A DNA stretch of 62,902 nucleotides, filler included, from Octopus bimaculoides (lineage: Eukaryota), in assembly GCF_001194135.2 (NCBI RefSeq). It is 6 parts of 5 records of this genome, joined end to end, with 100 filler letters (N's around TTAATTAATTAA, not from the genome) between each part and the next. Parts side by side here need not be neighbours in the genome. Positions count along the whole stretch, not along the records: positions 1 to 29,923 come from NC_068990.1; 5 more parts are not named here. One strand, written 5' to 3'. The notes below the pieces were generated by a model that did no database searches, was not told the origin of the DNA, and was given only the letters and a program-made list of their open reading frames with translations. Position 1 is the stretch's first letter; each line of letters starts with the position of its first letter. Shown here in pieces: positions 1 to 13,220 of the stretch. The translations under genes and the position numbers were made by a program.

Positions 1-1845
1 TTTTTTTTTTTTTTTTTTTTGTTTTTGTTTTATTTCATTTATTTATTTTGTGTGTCTATGTATCTCGCAATGATTTATTTTATATTATTTATTTGATTTT
101 ATATAGCAATTTGTTGAACAATAGTGTTATTGGTTACAGGTTTGTGATGAGTCCTGATCACTGGCTCACTGTATTTTCTGAAAGTGAGAGCCACAGTTAT
201 TTCAGCTTCTCACCTCTGTTTGCATTAGAATTTGCAGATAAACTGATATACATCACAGAGACATGCACGTAAACACATTCACACAGCATATATATGTCTG
301 TATGGATGTATCTATGCATGTATGAATTATGTATATATGTATGTATGCATGTATGTATTTATGTATATATATGTGTATGTATATATATATATATATATNN
401 NNNNNNNNATATATATATATATATATATATACATATACATACACTAATTTTTATCACGACTAATACTTGGCAATTAATCTAAGTATACTAAGAAGTTACC
501 ATTGATACAGCAAATATAATCTACATGCAATTATCCTGCCACTACTACTACTACTACTACTATTGCTATAACTACTACTACTACAACTACCAGTACTACC
601 ACTACAGAAAGACAAAGACTAAGACAGAAATACAAACACACCTCTTTTTCACTATTACAATACTTCAAACTATGTTTGATTTGTTTTTTATTTTTATTTT
701 TTATCCCACTTTGAACAAAACCATTTTTTATGTCTTTTTTGCTTATTTTTGGTTTACTGGTTTATTTTTGTTGGTTTTTTTTTGCATTCATTTTTATTTT
801 ATTTTATTCATTTATTTTTTTTTTTGTTCTAGCTGAAGGATTCTTAGAATGGTAGAAAAACAAAATAAATAAGACAAAAACATTTATTCTGTGACACAGA
901 AAATAGCAGAATATAATTAAAAGAAATAACAGGGGAGAAAAACAAAAACCAAAAAAAAAAATAGTAATAAATAAATAAATAAAGGAAAAGCAGAAGAAAA
1001 GAAACAAAGAAATTTCTTTCTAATCAATCAATCAAGTTGAGTTTATTTTTTTAAAATATTTTTTTGTTGTAANNNNNNNNNNNNNNNNNNNNNNNNNNNN
1101 NNNNNNNNNNNNNNNNNNNNNNNNNNNNNNNNNNNNNNNNNNNNNNNNNNNNNNNNNNNNNNNNNNNNNNNNNNNNNNNNNNNNNNNNNNNNNNNNNNNN
1201 NNNNNNNNNNNNNNNNNNNNNNNNNNNNNNNNNNNNNNNNNNNNNNNNNNNNNNNNNNNNNNNNNNNNNNNNNNNNNNNNNNNNNNNNNNNNNNNNNNNN
1301 NNNNNNNNNNNNNNNNNNNNNNNNNNNNNNNNNNNNNNNNNNNNNNNNNNNNNNNNNNNNNNNNNNNNNNNNNNNNNNNNNNNNNNNNNNNNNNNNNNNN
1401 NNNNNNNNNNNNNNNNNNNNNNNNNNNNNNNNNNNNNNNNNNNNNNNNNNNNNNNNNNNNNNNNNNNNNNNNNNNNNNNNNNNNNNNNNNNNNNNNNNNN
1501 NNNNNNNNNNNNNNNNNNNNNNNNNNNNNNNNNNNNNNNNNNNNNNNNNNNNNNNNNNNNNNNNNNNNNNNNNNNNNNNNNNNNNNNNNNNNNNNNNNNN
1601 NNNNNNNNNNNNNNNNNNNNNNNNNNNNNNNNNNNNNNNNNNNNNNNNNNNNNNNNNNNNNNNNNNNNNNNNNNNNNNNNNNNNNNNNNNNNNNNNNNNN
1701 NNNNNNNNNNNNNNNNNNNNNNNNNNNNNNNNNNNNNNNNNNNNNNNNNNNNNNNNNNNNNNNNNNNNNNNNNNNNNNNNNNNNNNNNNNNNNNNNTATA
1801 TATATATATATGTGTATATATATATATATATATCATAATAATAAT

Positions 1846-2210
1846 AACAAAAGCATTCAGAGAGCACAGACCTCCGACAAGGCAACACCAACATCCTCTC
1901 AACGATTAGCCAGAGATGATTTTAGAATGAGAATATCTGAAATAAACTCGACTGCTCTCATAAGCGAGAATACTAAAAATGAACCTGATCGCTCTCAAAA
2001 ATTAAGTAAAAAAACAAGAAAAATTATCCACAATCCTTGTCTGGTACCAAATCAATCCCAAAATCTAATCAGTTGATGCCAGTCACAAGGTCAAACATCT
2101 CTGAAAGTTTCATCTGAATCCATCCACCAGTTCTTAAGATATCTAGTCCACAGACAAACAAACAAACATGACTAAAAACGATACTTCTGCATTCACTAAG
2201 GCAGAGGTAA
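1846..2210 (+). mobile_element. Non-autonomous Helentron/DINE-1-like (HINE-type) element, complete copy
   Basis: Left ACCTCCGACAAGG partly matches the reverse complement of the right end. It carries an AAGTTTCATCTGAATCC core, an (ACAA)n tract and a terminal hairpin ACTTCTGC/GCAGAGGT (2183-2208), and is flanked by (AAT)n on both sides. A homologous copy lies at 56372-56693. The class is inferred from architecture. Confidence 0.6.
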
Positions 2211-2510
2211 TAATAATAATAATAATCCTTGGAACTTATAAACATTTAATGCATTGCTACATGCATGTCTACAAATGGCATACCTCTTAAGATGACAGTC
2301 CATGTTCCTTTGATGTTTACAGTGCAGTCCATAGTACTTGTGGGCATTGGGTCGATCATCTTTACGGATTCATTCAATGCATGTAGAGATAGATCAAATG
2401 TTTATAAATTCCATCCAAGGATTATTGTTATTATTATTATATTTATCCTACATTATATCAGTACAGCTTGATGCAACCTCGAAAAACTGGTTTACCAGTC
2501 AGCATCTACT

Positions 2511-2584
<74 letters not shown>

Positions 2585-3114
2585 TTATACACAAACATAC
2601 ATACATACGTACATACATACATACATACACATATAAATGAATAGATAACAACAAATGGATAATGTCAATACACTACAGCTGTTTGCAACAAATTTTTAAT
2701 TTATTAATGGAGACATTACATTGATAGAAAAAACTGTTTGCATGAATCACAACATTCAAAAGCATTCAAACTCTAACAGGATGTGTATCTTCATGGAACC
2801 TGCTCCTTGCATAGATCTGAAGTATAGTAATGACCGTACATTTATTACAATGTGCATTTCTTGATTGGCTTCTGGGCTATTTATGTACTCAGTCAAGTAC
2901 AGTTAATTATATACATAACCTGAATATCATTCTGCTTGTACTTCAGTACTTGCATATATATTCCTCTATTTTTGTTGTATATACATTTTACTTTTTGACC
3001 CGACCCAAAGTGTTACTATTTAAGTGCCTGACTCACTTGAATCTTGATCTATTAGAATATATATACATGTATCTAACACATACATATACAATAATGATAA
3101 TAGTAATAACAATA

Positions 3115-3320
3115 GTTTCTACTAAAGGTACAAAACCTGAAATTTTGGGAGAGGGGCTAGTTGATTATGTCGACCCCAGTGTGTAACTGGTATTTATTTC
3201 ATTGGCTCTGAAAGGATAAAAGGCAAAGTCGACCTCAGCAGATTTGAACTGAGGGCATAAAGATGGACAAAATGCCACTAAGCATTTTCCTGATGTGCTA
3301 AGGATTCTGCCAGCTCACAG
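3115..3320 (-). mobile_element. tRNA-derived SINE (family B, GTCGACTTTGCCTTTCATCC central domain)
   Basis: Reverse complement aligns by eye to the better-preserved copy at 58128-58340. Confidence 0.75.
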
Positions 3321-3738
3321 AATAATAACAATTGTATACAATGCTCAGGTGCACAATAACTCATGAGAAAAGTTTAGAGAAGTAGATAGAAATGAGCCAT
3401 AAGTGAAGTAAAAAAAAGACTGCAATGAAAACTAGAAGTAGATACACACTATAAAAAATAGGATATAAAGAAAAAGAAACAGAAAAATGAGCTACAAAAG
3501 CGCCATCTTGAAGAAAGCCTGCATAGGCACATCAATTGCATTGGCAAATTTCAAAAGGCATAGAGTTTTTATAGGATGCAGAATCAGATTGCTAACTGAT
3601 GCAGGTAGTTTATACCATGTTTTGAGAATTCTGAATGTGATGAAAAAATATGTGTTGGCTCTTTTTTAATCTTATGAGCATGTCGATGGTTGGTATACAT
3701 ATATATGTGTATGTGTGCATGTAAACATATATATATAT

Positions 3739-5291
3739 TAGGGCTCGCACAAAACCGATAATTCCCAAAACCGAATTTAAGTACAAGTAATTCTCAAAAC
3801 CGGTTAAAAACCGGTTTTCGTGGATTTAGAGCGGTGTCTCTGTAACAAAGAGGTTTGTCATATATTGTATTTTGTTTATATACATACACAGAGAAAGAGA
3901 GAAAGTAACAGTTTGACTGATATCCACAAATATGTTGGTGGTGCCTGTATCTGTATATATGTACAAACAATAACAAAAAATAATGGTATTATATTTATTT
4001 AATCAGGAATGCAACGTTTTTCCAAGTCATTGTATTTTTGAGAATCAATCAAGTTTCTTGACTTGCTTGATGATTCACTTTCCTTCGAAAATAATCTTTT
4101 AAAAAACACAATGCATTCAGTGTTCTCCTGCTATTAAGGGAGCCGTGGATCTCAATAAGACCCACCGACCAATGATTGTCTTTCCCATGAACATTTATGT
4201 TCATATATCGTTTATTTTGAATTGATGTGTATTCATCCAATGTCAATGAGTNNNNNNNNNNNNNNNNNNNNNNNNNNNNNNNNNNNNNNNNNNNNNNNNN
4301 NNNNNNNNNNNNNNNNNNNNNNNNNNNNNNNNNNNNNNNNNNNNNNNNNNNNNNNNNNNNNNNNNNNNNNNNNNNNNNNNNNNNNNNNNNNNNNNNNNNN
4401 NNNNNNNNNNNNNNNNNNNNNNNNNNNNNNNNNNNNNNNNNNNNNNNNNNNNNNNNNNNNNNNNNNNNNNNNNNNNNNNNNNNNNNNNNNNNNNNNNNNN
4501 NNNNNNNNNNNNNNNNNNNNNNNNNNNNNNNNNNNNNGAGAATCCATCCATAGCAGCTAACTTTGAAACTTCTTCTTCCATTGATTTCTTTTTTTAAAAA
4601 GTGTTCCATTGTTCTTGTCATCTTCACAGGAGGCTGGTTTTCATCTTGATTTATGTCGATTTGATGAATTTTCTTCAAGTGCAAAATCAGAGACATAGTA
4701 GATCCTCCAGAAGACTTCATGATCTTATCACACTTGTTGCATTAAGCTTCATCTTTGTTTTTCCTATCGAAAAAATTCCAAACAGTTGATTTTCTTTTTA
4801 TCATGCTAAGGCTAATGAAAATAATTAAGAAAAAATTTAGTTAGTGTTACTTCCTTGAAATGAATCTTGAACTGGTTATTACATACGCTCAATGGGAAAG
4901 ATCACTTGACTGAAGACTACCAGCATCCCCTTGACTTGCTCTGAATAAACTCGGTTACCTCTAAATTCAAAGAGTCAGCCAGGGGTTAGCGAAGGAAATG
5001 ACAAGGTGCTGATCTAAGGTTCAAGGGGAGAGAAGGTGAGAATTGATATGTTGCAATATGTTTCAATGGAACAGACAGCACTCACAACTAAAGGCGACCG
5101 ACCACAGTTCAGTTAGTTCCGTTTCAACGATATTTCTTCAAAAGAAAAAAATGAAAAATGTTTTGCGAAAAAAAAAAAAAAAAGTAGAAATAACAAGCAT
5201 TAAAATCGGTTTTGGCAAATCCGTTTCGGTTTTACTGATCATAATATAAAACCGGTTTTAACCGGTTTTATAAAACCGGTTTCGAGCCCTA
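3739..5291 (-). mobile_element. hAT DNA transposon, internally deleted and decayed
   Basis: TIR TAGGGCTCG (3739) and CGAGCCCTA (5291), 8-bp TSD ATATATAT on both sides, multiple subterminal AAAACCG repeats at both ends, and a transposase remnant inside. Confidence 0.92.
4049..4804 (-). pseudogene. hAT transposase remnant (BED zinc finger plus first catalytic Asp region)
   Basis: From ATG 4804: MIKRKSTVWNFFDRKNKDEA*CNKCDKIMKSSGGSTMSLILHLKKIH (BED finger with one stop), then SMEEEVSKLAAMDGF, an N gap, and SLTLDEYTSIQNKRYMNINVH (hAT LTxDEW/YT motif). Confidence 0.88.
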
Positions 5292-5540
5292 ATATATATA
5301 TATATATATATCAGAAGGCCCAAACATGTTTATCTGCATCACCATCTCCATACCAATGCACCTGGATTTCTCTTATACCCACTCTTCACCCCACAGACTT
5401 AGTCTGTGATAAAGATCTTTGAAGTATAAGTTCAAATCATTTGAGCACTACTACAAGCTTTCTATATCAAGCATCTCTGGATCTCACCTGATGACTCTAT
5501 ATATACACTTATATATATACATATATATGTATATATATAT

Positions 5541-5586
<46 letters not shown>

Positions 5587-5643
5587 NNNNNNNNNNNNNN
5601 NNNNNNNNNNNNNNNNNNNNNNNNNNNNNNNNNNNNNNNNNAT

Positions 5644-5719
<76 letters not shown>

Positions 5720-5879
5720 GTATATATATAGATACAATACACATATATATGTACACGTTTATACCTATATACTTATATATATATGTGTGTGTGGGTGGGT
5801 GTGGATGTGCATTGTGTGTATATGTATATATGTATATATATATAAACACTTACATATAGATATCTGTTGTTATTCAACA

Positions 5880-6028
5880 CAATTTCTGTCTCCCCAGTTC
5901 CCTTAAGGCATTCATCAACCCAAGACTTTGGACAAAGATGGAGACACTTAACCAGGGTGCCACACAGTGGGGCCAAACCAGGAACCCTATAGTAGTGAAA
6001 CAAACTTCCTAATCAAACAACCACATCT
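5880..6028 (-). mobile_element. tRNA-derived SINE family A head, decayed
   Basis: Reverse complement resembles the family A head (compare 29657-29818). Confidence 0.55.
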
Positions 6029-6550
6029 TTGATGGTTTTGAACCATATTGTTACTCTCTGATTGTGTTAACTATTGATCTACTTTATTGAAAATATTTCA
6101 AAGGAGAGTCTGGGAAAATGTCTGCAATGGAATAAGCCACAGAAAAGAAGCAAATAAATAAATAAATAAATAAATAAATAAATAGATAAATAAAATAAAA
6201 TAAAATAAAATAACCAAAGACATTAAACTGAGATTTGTTATTTATTTACCTGCTATTTCATTGAAATACAGACTAAACGAGCATTTAGATGAATTTTCTG
6301 ACAAATACAATTCATAATGGAAAATGATAGGAGAATATAGAATTGTTATTGTAGTAGTTGTTACTGTTGTTATTGTTGTCGTTGTTATTGTTATATCTAT
6401 TTATTTTTATTTTTATCTCTTTTATTTGAGAATTCCTGTAAAACTAAGTGACAGCATTCTTTGCACCTCACAAACAAGAGACTATGTATTATGCATACAC
6501 ATATGCATATACATATTACAGTCATATACACAAACATACATAGGAACACG

Positions 6551-6585
<35 letters not shown>

Positions 6586-7295
6586 TTGTGCACGCATGTA
6601 TGTATCAATAAATATGTATGTGTATGTATGTATGTGTATATATATTCACACATATATAGGAGTACGTGTATTTATGTGCCTGTGTGTAAATAAATATATG
6701 TCAATTATTTCTTTCTCTATCTTTTATCGCTGTCTTTCTCTCCTTCTTCCTTTCTCTCTGTCTGTCTCATTCCCCCTCCCTCCCATCCAATCTCTGCTGT
6801 TGCCACCACCATCAACACCACCACCACCACCACCACCACCACTTTCTCGCTCTCTTTATTGTTTCCTCACATAGATATAACATGCAGCATGTCTCCCATC
6901 TCCCGCTACACTTGCACTTTCCTGGAAAGAGAAAGAACAAATAAAAATCAGTGTGGTTATACGCAGGCTAGGCGGATGTCTGGCAGCATCAGCACAGTCA
7001 TCGTCATCATCATCATTATCATCATCATCATCATCATCATTGTCATCATTGTAGTCATCATCATCATCATCATCAACATTGTCATCATTGTCATTATTGT
7101 CATCATTGTCATCTTTATTATTAATTATAATCAACTTAATCATCTTTTTCATCATCACCATCATCAGCAGCATCAAAATCAGCATCAGCATCATCTCCAC
7201 CACCATCTCCATCACTATCACCACTGCCATCATCACCACCCTGATCGGCAGCAACAGCAACCATATCAGTTGCAGCAACAATGTTGTTGTAACTG

Positions 7296-7327
<32 letters not shown>

Positions 7328-7674
7328 GGTGGCGGTGGCGATGGTGATGTTGGAAATAATTGTTGTCAATATACGTTGTGTTTACAATTTTTCCATTTAA
7401 TTCAATTCCGTTTTATATTGTCATGATATGCAAATACAAACAACAACAATATTGCAGAGTGCATCCTAAATTTAATCAATTGCACACATCCAATAGCAAC
7501 AGTAATGACAATTAATATATGTTCATTAATTAAATTATAATGATAACATACAATCGAACAAATACAATCAAGTAAGAAAGATCTAGTTTCTGTTGTTGTT
7601 TCACCTCAAAGTCAACTCTCCTCAAGGACGTTCTAGTTGTGACCATCTCATTTGTTTTGTTCAAACATTGTACA

Positions 7675-7832
7675 ACATGACTGTGTAGTTAAGAAACTCA
7701 TTTTGCAAGCAGATAGTTTCAGTTTCTGCCCCAGTATGCTGCATTTTGAGCATGTGTCTTTTACTATATCCTCAGGTTGGGCAATTCCTTGTGAGTGAAT
7801 TTGGTATCCAGACAAAAACTGTGTGGAAGCCC
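7675..7832 (+). mobile_element. tRNA-derived SINE family A head, decayed
   Basis: ATGACTGTGTAGTTAAGAA A-box-like start and TTGTGAGTGAATTTGGTA...GGAAGCCC end, as in other family A copies. Confidence 0.65.
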
Positions 7833-7877
7833 ATCATACACACACACACACACACACGTATATATATCTATGTATAC

Positions 7878-7915
<38 letters not shown>

Positions 7916-8215
7916 NNNNNNNNNNNNNNNNNNNNNNNNNNNNNNNNNNNNNNNNNNNNNNNNNNNNNNNNNNNNNNNNNNNNNNNNNNNNNNNNNNNNN
8001 NNNNNNNNNNNNNNNNNNNNNNNNNNNNNNNNNNNNNNNNNNNNNNNNNNNNNNNNNNNNNNNNNNNNNNNNNNNNNNNNNNNNNNNNNNNNNNNNNNNN
8101 NNNNNNNNNNNNNNNNNNNNNNNNNNNNNNNNNNNNNNNNNNNNNNNNNNNNNNNNNNNNNNNNNNNNNNNNNNNNNNNNNNNNNNNNNNNNNNNNNNNN
8201 NNNNNNNTATATATA

Positions 8216-8466
8216 TGTGGCCGATGCCGATTCGAGCATGGTCGTTGTCAGTGCCACCTGATTGGCTCCTGTGCCAGTGGTGGCAGATAAAAAGCACCAT
8301 TCGAGCGTGGTCAATGGCATTTGAGCATTTAGCATCCAGCTGTAGAAACTTTGCCAGATCAGATTGGAGTCTGGTACAGCCTTCTGGCTTGCCAGTCCTC
8401 AGTCAAACTGTCCAACCCATACCAGTATGGAAAGCAGACATTAAACGGCAACGATGATGATGATAT
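8216..8466 (+). mobile_element. SINE family C (GCATCCAGCTGTAGAAAC core, (GAT)n tail)
   Basis: Aligns to the copy at 30024-30254 and ends GACATTAAACGGCAACGATGATG. Confidence 0.75.
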
Positions 8467-8855
8467 AAAGCCAAAACAATTACAAAGAATATAGAGACTA
8501 GTACATTTTCAATTTTCTTTTTTTTTTTTTTGATTTATCAGTTAATTACTCAGCAAAATCAGTAAGGTTTTTAGTTAGTTAAAATGACTAACTAATTCTG
8601 CTCTATAATTAACTGTTAAATTAAAAGAAAAAATTGAAGATGTACCAGTCTCTGTGTTCTTCATAATTGTTTTAGATTTACAGTCCTGAAAATATTCATA
8701 ATCCAGTGAAGTGAACACAGGTTTACCCTACAGAAGAGGTACAGTAGAATTGCCCATCCTAAGCAATCCTTGATGCTTCTTACCACTTGATGTGGTTAGC
8801 TGGAACCTGGATTATATCTGAAAGTTCTTATGCTACCCAGTTGGGTAATTTATCC

Positions 8856-8919
<64 letters not shown>

Positions 8920-8954
8920 ATATGTATATATCTTAGTGTTCATATGATTGTGGA

Positions 8955-9560
8955 CAGCTAAATATATAAGTCAATGAAACTCTAACATAGTCTGGTTTTC
9001 ACATTTTATTTTTGTATTTTTTACAATTTTACAGCATTATGATATTACTTGTTATGATAAGACAAGTACTTTCATGCTACCTGAAATCTTATATAGGATT
9101 ATTTAGTAGCAGTATTAACCAACAGTTGTGTCTTATCATTGGTAACAATTGTGTAATGCTTAAATTTGACCATTAGATATTTTCCAGTAGGCTCAAGCAA
9201 GCTGTTTCTTACGAACTGTATTCTCACTATAGTTAATATTGATAGTATCTTATTCATAAGAACTTTTTTACCAATCAGTATGTGGCTAAGCTATCATGGC
9301 CTGGTTAGCACACCAACACAGTTCGCATTGACAACATCTTATTCATAAATACCTTTTAACCAGACAGCATGCAACTAAATAATTGTGAAACATAATTGTA
9401 AGGCAATACCACTACTATATAAACCTGAAGATTGCAGAAAGTATGAAAGAACTTGTCTTATCATAATAAGTAATATTGTAAAATTGTAAAATTGCGAAAA
9501 ATACAAAAGTAAAGTGTAAAAACCAGACTATGTCGGAATTTCATTGACCTGTTTAGCCTG
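8955..9560. mobile_element. Decayed foldback/MITE-like element with ~180-bp inverted arms
   Basis: GTCAATGAAACTCTAACATAGTCTGGTTTT...TTATGATAAGACAAGTACTTTCAT (about 8968-9075) is the reverse complement of about 9440-9550. Confidence 0.65.
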
Positions 9561-9798
9561 TTGGGTGTAATCTCAGGAAAATTCGGCTGGTCAAGAAAAC
9601 AAGAAACCTAATGATATAACTAAAATATACCAAGTTGTCACAATATCTTCTGGTTTCTTGTCTTGCTGCCTTGTGCAGACCGAAGAGGTTTGTTTACATT
9701 GAACTGCTGTTTACAATAAAGACAAAAGCAGTCATGTGATTGTTATACCAGTTATATATTATGACATTTGCCAGCAGATGATATCAGGAATTTTGGCA

Positions 9799-9854
<56 letters not shown>

Positions 9855-10506
9855 CGTGCGTGCGTGCGTGTGTGTGTGTGGGGGGGATTCTATTAATTTT
9901 TAATAGAACTAAAAAAATATACAGAAAAAGCATTGACAAAGATAAGTGAGAGATGGATACGAAGTAAAATATATATATACATAATTGCGTGAACTGTCAA
10001 TNNNNNNNNNNNNNNNNNNNNNNNNNNNNNNNNNNNNNNNNNNNNNNNNNNNNNNNNNNNNNNNNNNNNNNNNNNNNNNNNNNNNNNNNNNNNNNNNNNN
10101 NNNNNNNNNNNNNNNNNNNNNNNNNNNNNNNNNNNNNNNNNNNNNNNNNNNNNNNNNNNNNNNNNNNNNNNNNNNNNNNNNNNNNNNNNNNNNNNNNNNN
10201 NNNNNNNNNNNNNNNNNNNNNNNNNNNNNNNNNNNNNNNNNNNNNNNNNNNNNNNNNNNNNNNNNNNNNNNNNNNNNNNNNNNNNNNNNNNNNNNNNNNN
10301 NNNNNNNNNNNNNNNNNNNNNNNNNNNNNNNNNNNNNNNNNNNNNNNNNNNNNNNNNNNNNNNNNNNNNNNNNNNNNNNNNNNNNNNNNNNNNNNNNNNN
10401 NNNNNNNNNNNNNNNNNNNNNNNNNNNNNNNNNNNNNNNNNNNNNNNNNNNNNNNNNNNNNNNNNNNNNNNNNNNNNNNNNNNNNNNNNNNNNNNNNNNN
10501 NNNNNN

Positions 10507-10598
<92 letters not shown>

Positions 10599-10620
10599 GA
10601 TATATATGTGTGCGTGTACA

Positions 10621-10997
10621 ATATACTGATGTATACTTAATGTAATCTTCATGCAGAATCAGCATCACACAGCATGACAAGATTGGTTCTAAGAATTACT
10701 GGCATAGTGCATACTATAGGATTCCACACAGTTTCTATCTACCTACTTTTACTCACAAAGCTTGGGTCAATTTCGAGCTTAGGTAAAAGATCTTTGTTTA
10801 AGATGCCACATGGCAGGATTGAACCTGGTGCCTCATGATTGTTAAGCACAGCTTCTTAACCTTTCAGCAATACCTGTAGATGTATTGATATGTATTTGCT
10901 TATTTATCTATGTATGTATTTACACATACATACATATACACAGACATAGACACACACACACACACACACACAAACACACACATATGTGAGTCCTACA

Positions 10998-11054
<57 letters not shown>

Positions 11055-11440
11055 NNNNNNNNNNNNNNNNNNNNNNNNNNNNNNNNNNNNNNNNNNNNNN
11101 NNNNNNNNNNNNNNNNNNNNNNNNNNNNNNNNNNNNNNNNNNNNNNNNNNNNNNNNNNNNNNNNNNNNNNNNNNNNNNNNNNNNNNNNNNNNNNNNNNNN
11201 NNNNNNNNNNNNNNNNNNNNNNNNNNNNNNNNNNNNNNNNNNNNNNNNNNNNNNNNNNNNNNNNNNNNNNNNNNNNNNNNNNNNNNNNNNNNNNNNNNNN
11301 NNNNNNNNNNNNNNNNNNNNNNNNNNNNNGTATATACAATTAAATGTATGTATATAACACACTCACATATGTGTATATATATGTATATATATAATATATG
11401 TATGTATATATCTATATATGTATATATACACATACACACG

Positions 11441-11490
<50 letters not shown>

Positions 11491-11858
11491 CACATATATG
11501 TGCATGTGTGTATGTGTGTGTGTGTGTGTGTATGCATCTGTGTATATATAAATGTATAAATACATACATAGATAAGTGAGTAAATACATATTGCTACACC
11601 TAGATGTATTGCTGAAAGGTTAAGAAGTTTTGCCTAATAATCATGTGGCACCAGGTTCAAGCCTGCAATGTGGCATCTTAAACAAGTATCTTTTACTTAA
11701 GCTAGAAATTGACCCAAGCTTTGTGTGTAAAAGTAGGTAGATGGAAACTGTGTGGAATCCTATAGTATGCACTATACCAGTAATTCTTAGAACCAGTCTT
11801 GTCATGCTGTGTGATGGTGATTCTTCATGAAGATTACATTAAGTATACATCAGTATAT
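10621..11858. repeat. Long inverted repeat with ~300-bp ungapped arms, each containing a SINE-A head plus unique flank
   Basis: 10621-10922 versus the reverse complement of about 11557-11858: about 26 mismatches by manual count and no indels. The spacer is microsatellite plus an N gap. Confidence 0.92.
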
Positions 11859-12024
11859 GGTATACTCAACCATTGAATACTCAATGTCAGAACCAATAAG
11901 GAATGTACACACACACACACATATCCTACTACACACATATTTGTGTGTGTGTGCATGAATTTGTGTATGTGTGTATATACATTGTCTATATATACATGTA
12001 TATATGTATATATATGTATGTACG

Positions 12025-12056
<32 letters not shown>

Positions 12057-12813
12057 NNNNNNNNNNNNNNNNNNNNNNNNNNNNNNNNNNNNNNNNNNNN
12101 NNNNNNNNNNNNNNNNNNNNNNNNNNNNNNNNNNNNNNNNNNNNNNNNNNNNNNNNNNNNNNNNNNNNNNNNNNNNNNNNNNNNNNNNNNNNNNNNNNNN
12201 NNNNNNNNNNNNNNNNNNNNNNNNNNNNNNNNNNNNNNNNNNNNNNNNNNNNNNNNNNNNNNNNNNNNNNNNNNNNNNNNNNNNNNNNNNNNNNNNNNNN
12301 NNNNNNNNNNNNNNNNNNNNNNNNNNNNNNNNNNNNNNNNNNNNNNNNNNNNNNNNNNNNNNNNNNNNNNNNNNNNNNNNNNNNNNNNNNNNNNNNNNNN
12401 NNNNNNNNNNNNNNNNNNNNNNNNNNNNNNNNNNNNNNNNNNNNNNNNNNNNNNNNNNNNNNNNNNNNNNNNNNNNNNNNNNNNNNNNNNNNNNNNNNNN
12501 NNNNNNNNNNNNNNNNNNNNNNNNNNNNNNNNNNNNNNNNNNNNNNNNNNNNNNNNNNNNNNNNNNNNNNNNNNNNNNNNNNNNNNNNNNNNNNNNNNNN
12601 NNNNNNNNNNNNNNNNNNNNNNNNNNNNNNNNNNNNNNNNNNNNNNNNNNNNNNNNNNNNNNNNNNNNNNNNNNNNNNNNCTAACAAGGGAAAGGAAAGT
12701 CCGTGTCTACAGAAGATTAGTACTTTAGTAAATCATCTCTTTATTAAAGCCAAAATGTCACCTACAGATAATGAAAGTAATTAAAAAATGTATTTTACAT
12801 TTTGCAGAATTAC

Positions 12814-12845
12814 CAGCATTGTTCCGATTATCTCAGAAATTAGGT
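12814..12845 (-). CDS. Candidate micro-exon of an unidentified minus-strand gene (xLISEIIGTML)
   Basis: Strong acceptor TTTTTTTTTCTCAG, donor CTG|GTAATT, one open frame. No homology recognised. Confidence 0.2.
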
Positions 12846-12901
12846 CTGAGAAAAAAAAAGGGAAAAAATGCCTCAAATATGTAGTGAAAAAACATCTATA
12901 C

Positions 12902-12954
<53 letters not shown>

Positions 12955-12978
12955 TGTATGTATGTATGTATGTATAAG

Positions 12979-13011
<33 letters not shown>

Positions 13012-13092
13012 TAAAAAGGGAAAGAAAATTGAGTGATGATAATGAAAAAATAAATATAAAATAAAATAAATAGGGGAGGAGAAAAAATGTAC

Positions 13093-13220
13093 CATTCTCT
13101 CAAGAACTGATTGCTATTAACAGCATTGGATATATTCCAATATACTAAAGCTGCAACAATACTAATCAGATAGAAAAATGTCCTCTCAGACACAGCAAGC
13201 TGGGTCCTTAAGATCAACCA
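13093..13220 (-). CDS. Candidate exon (WLILRTQLAVSERTFFYLISIVAALVYWNISNAVNSNQFLREW), possibly transmembrane
   Basis: Non-repetitive, open for 128 nt, TTGCTTAG acceptor and TG|GTACAT donor. No family recognised. Confidence 0.2.

Noticed and set aside
140-268. Plus-strand exon candidate FVMSPDHWLTVFSESESHSYF... (also 9577-9687, 23177-23226, 33737 onward, 47017-47055)
   Set aside because: Isolated splice-like signals with no recognisable homology and no consistent chain; expected by chance in AT-rich DNA.
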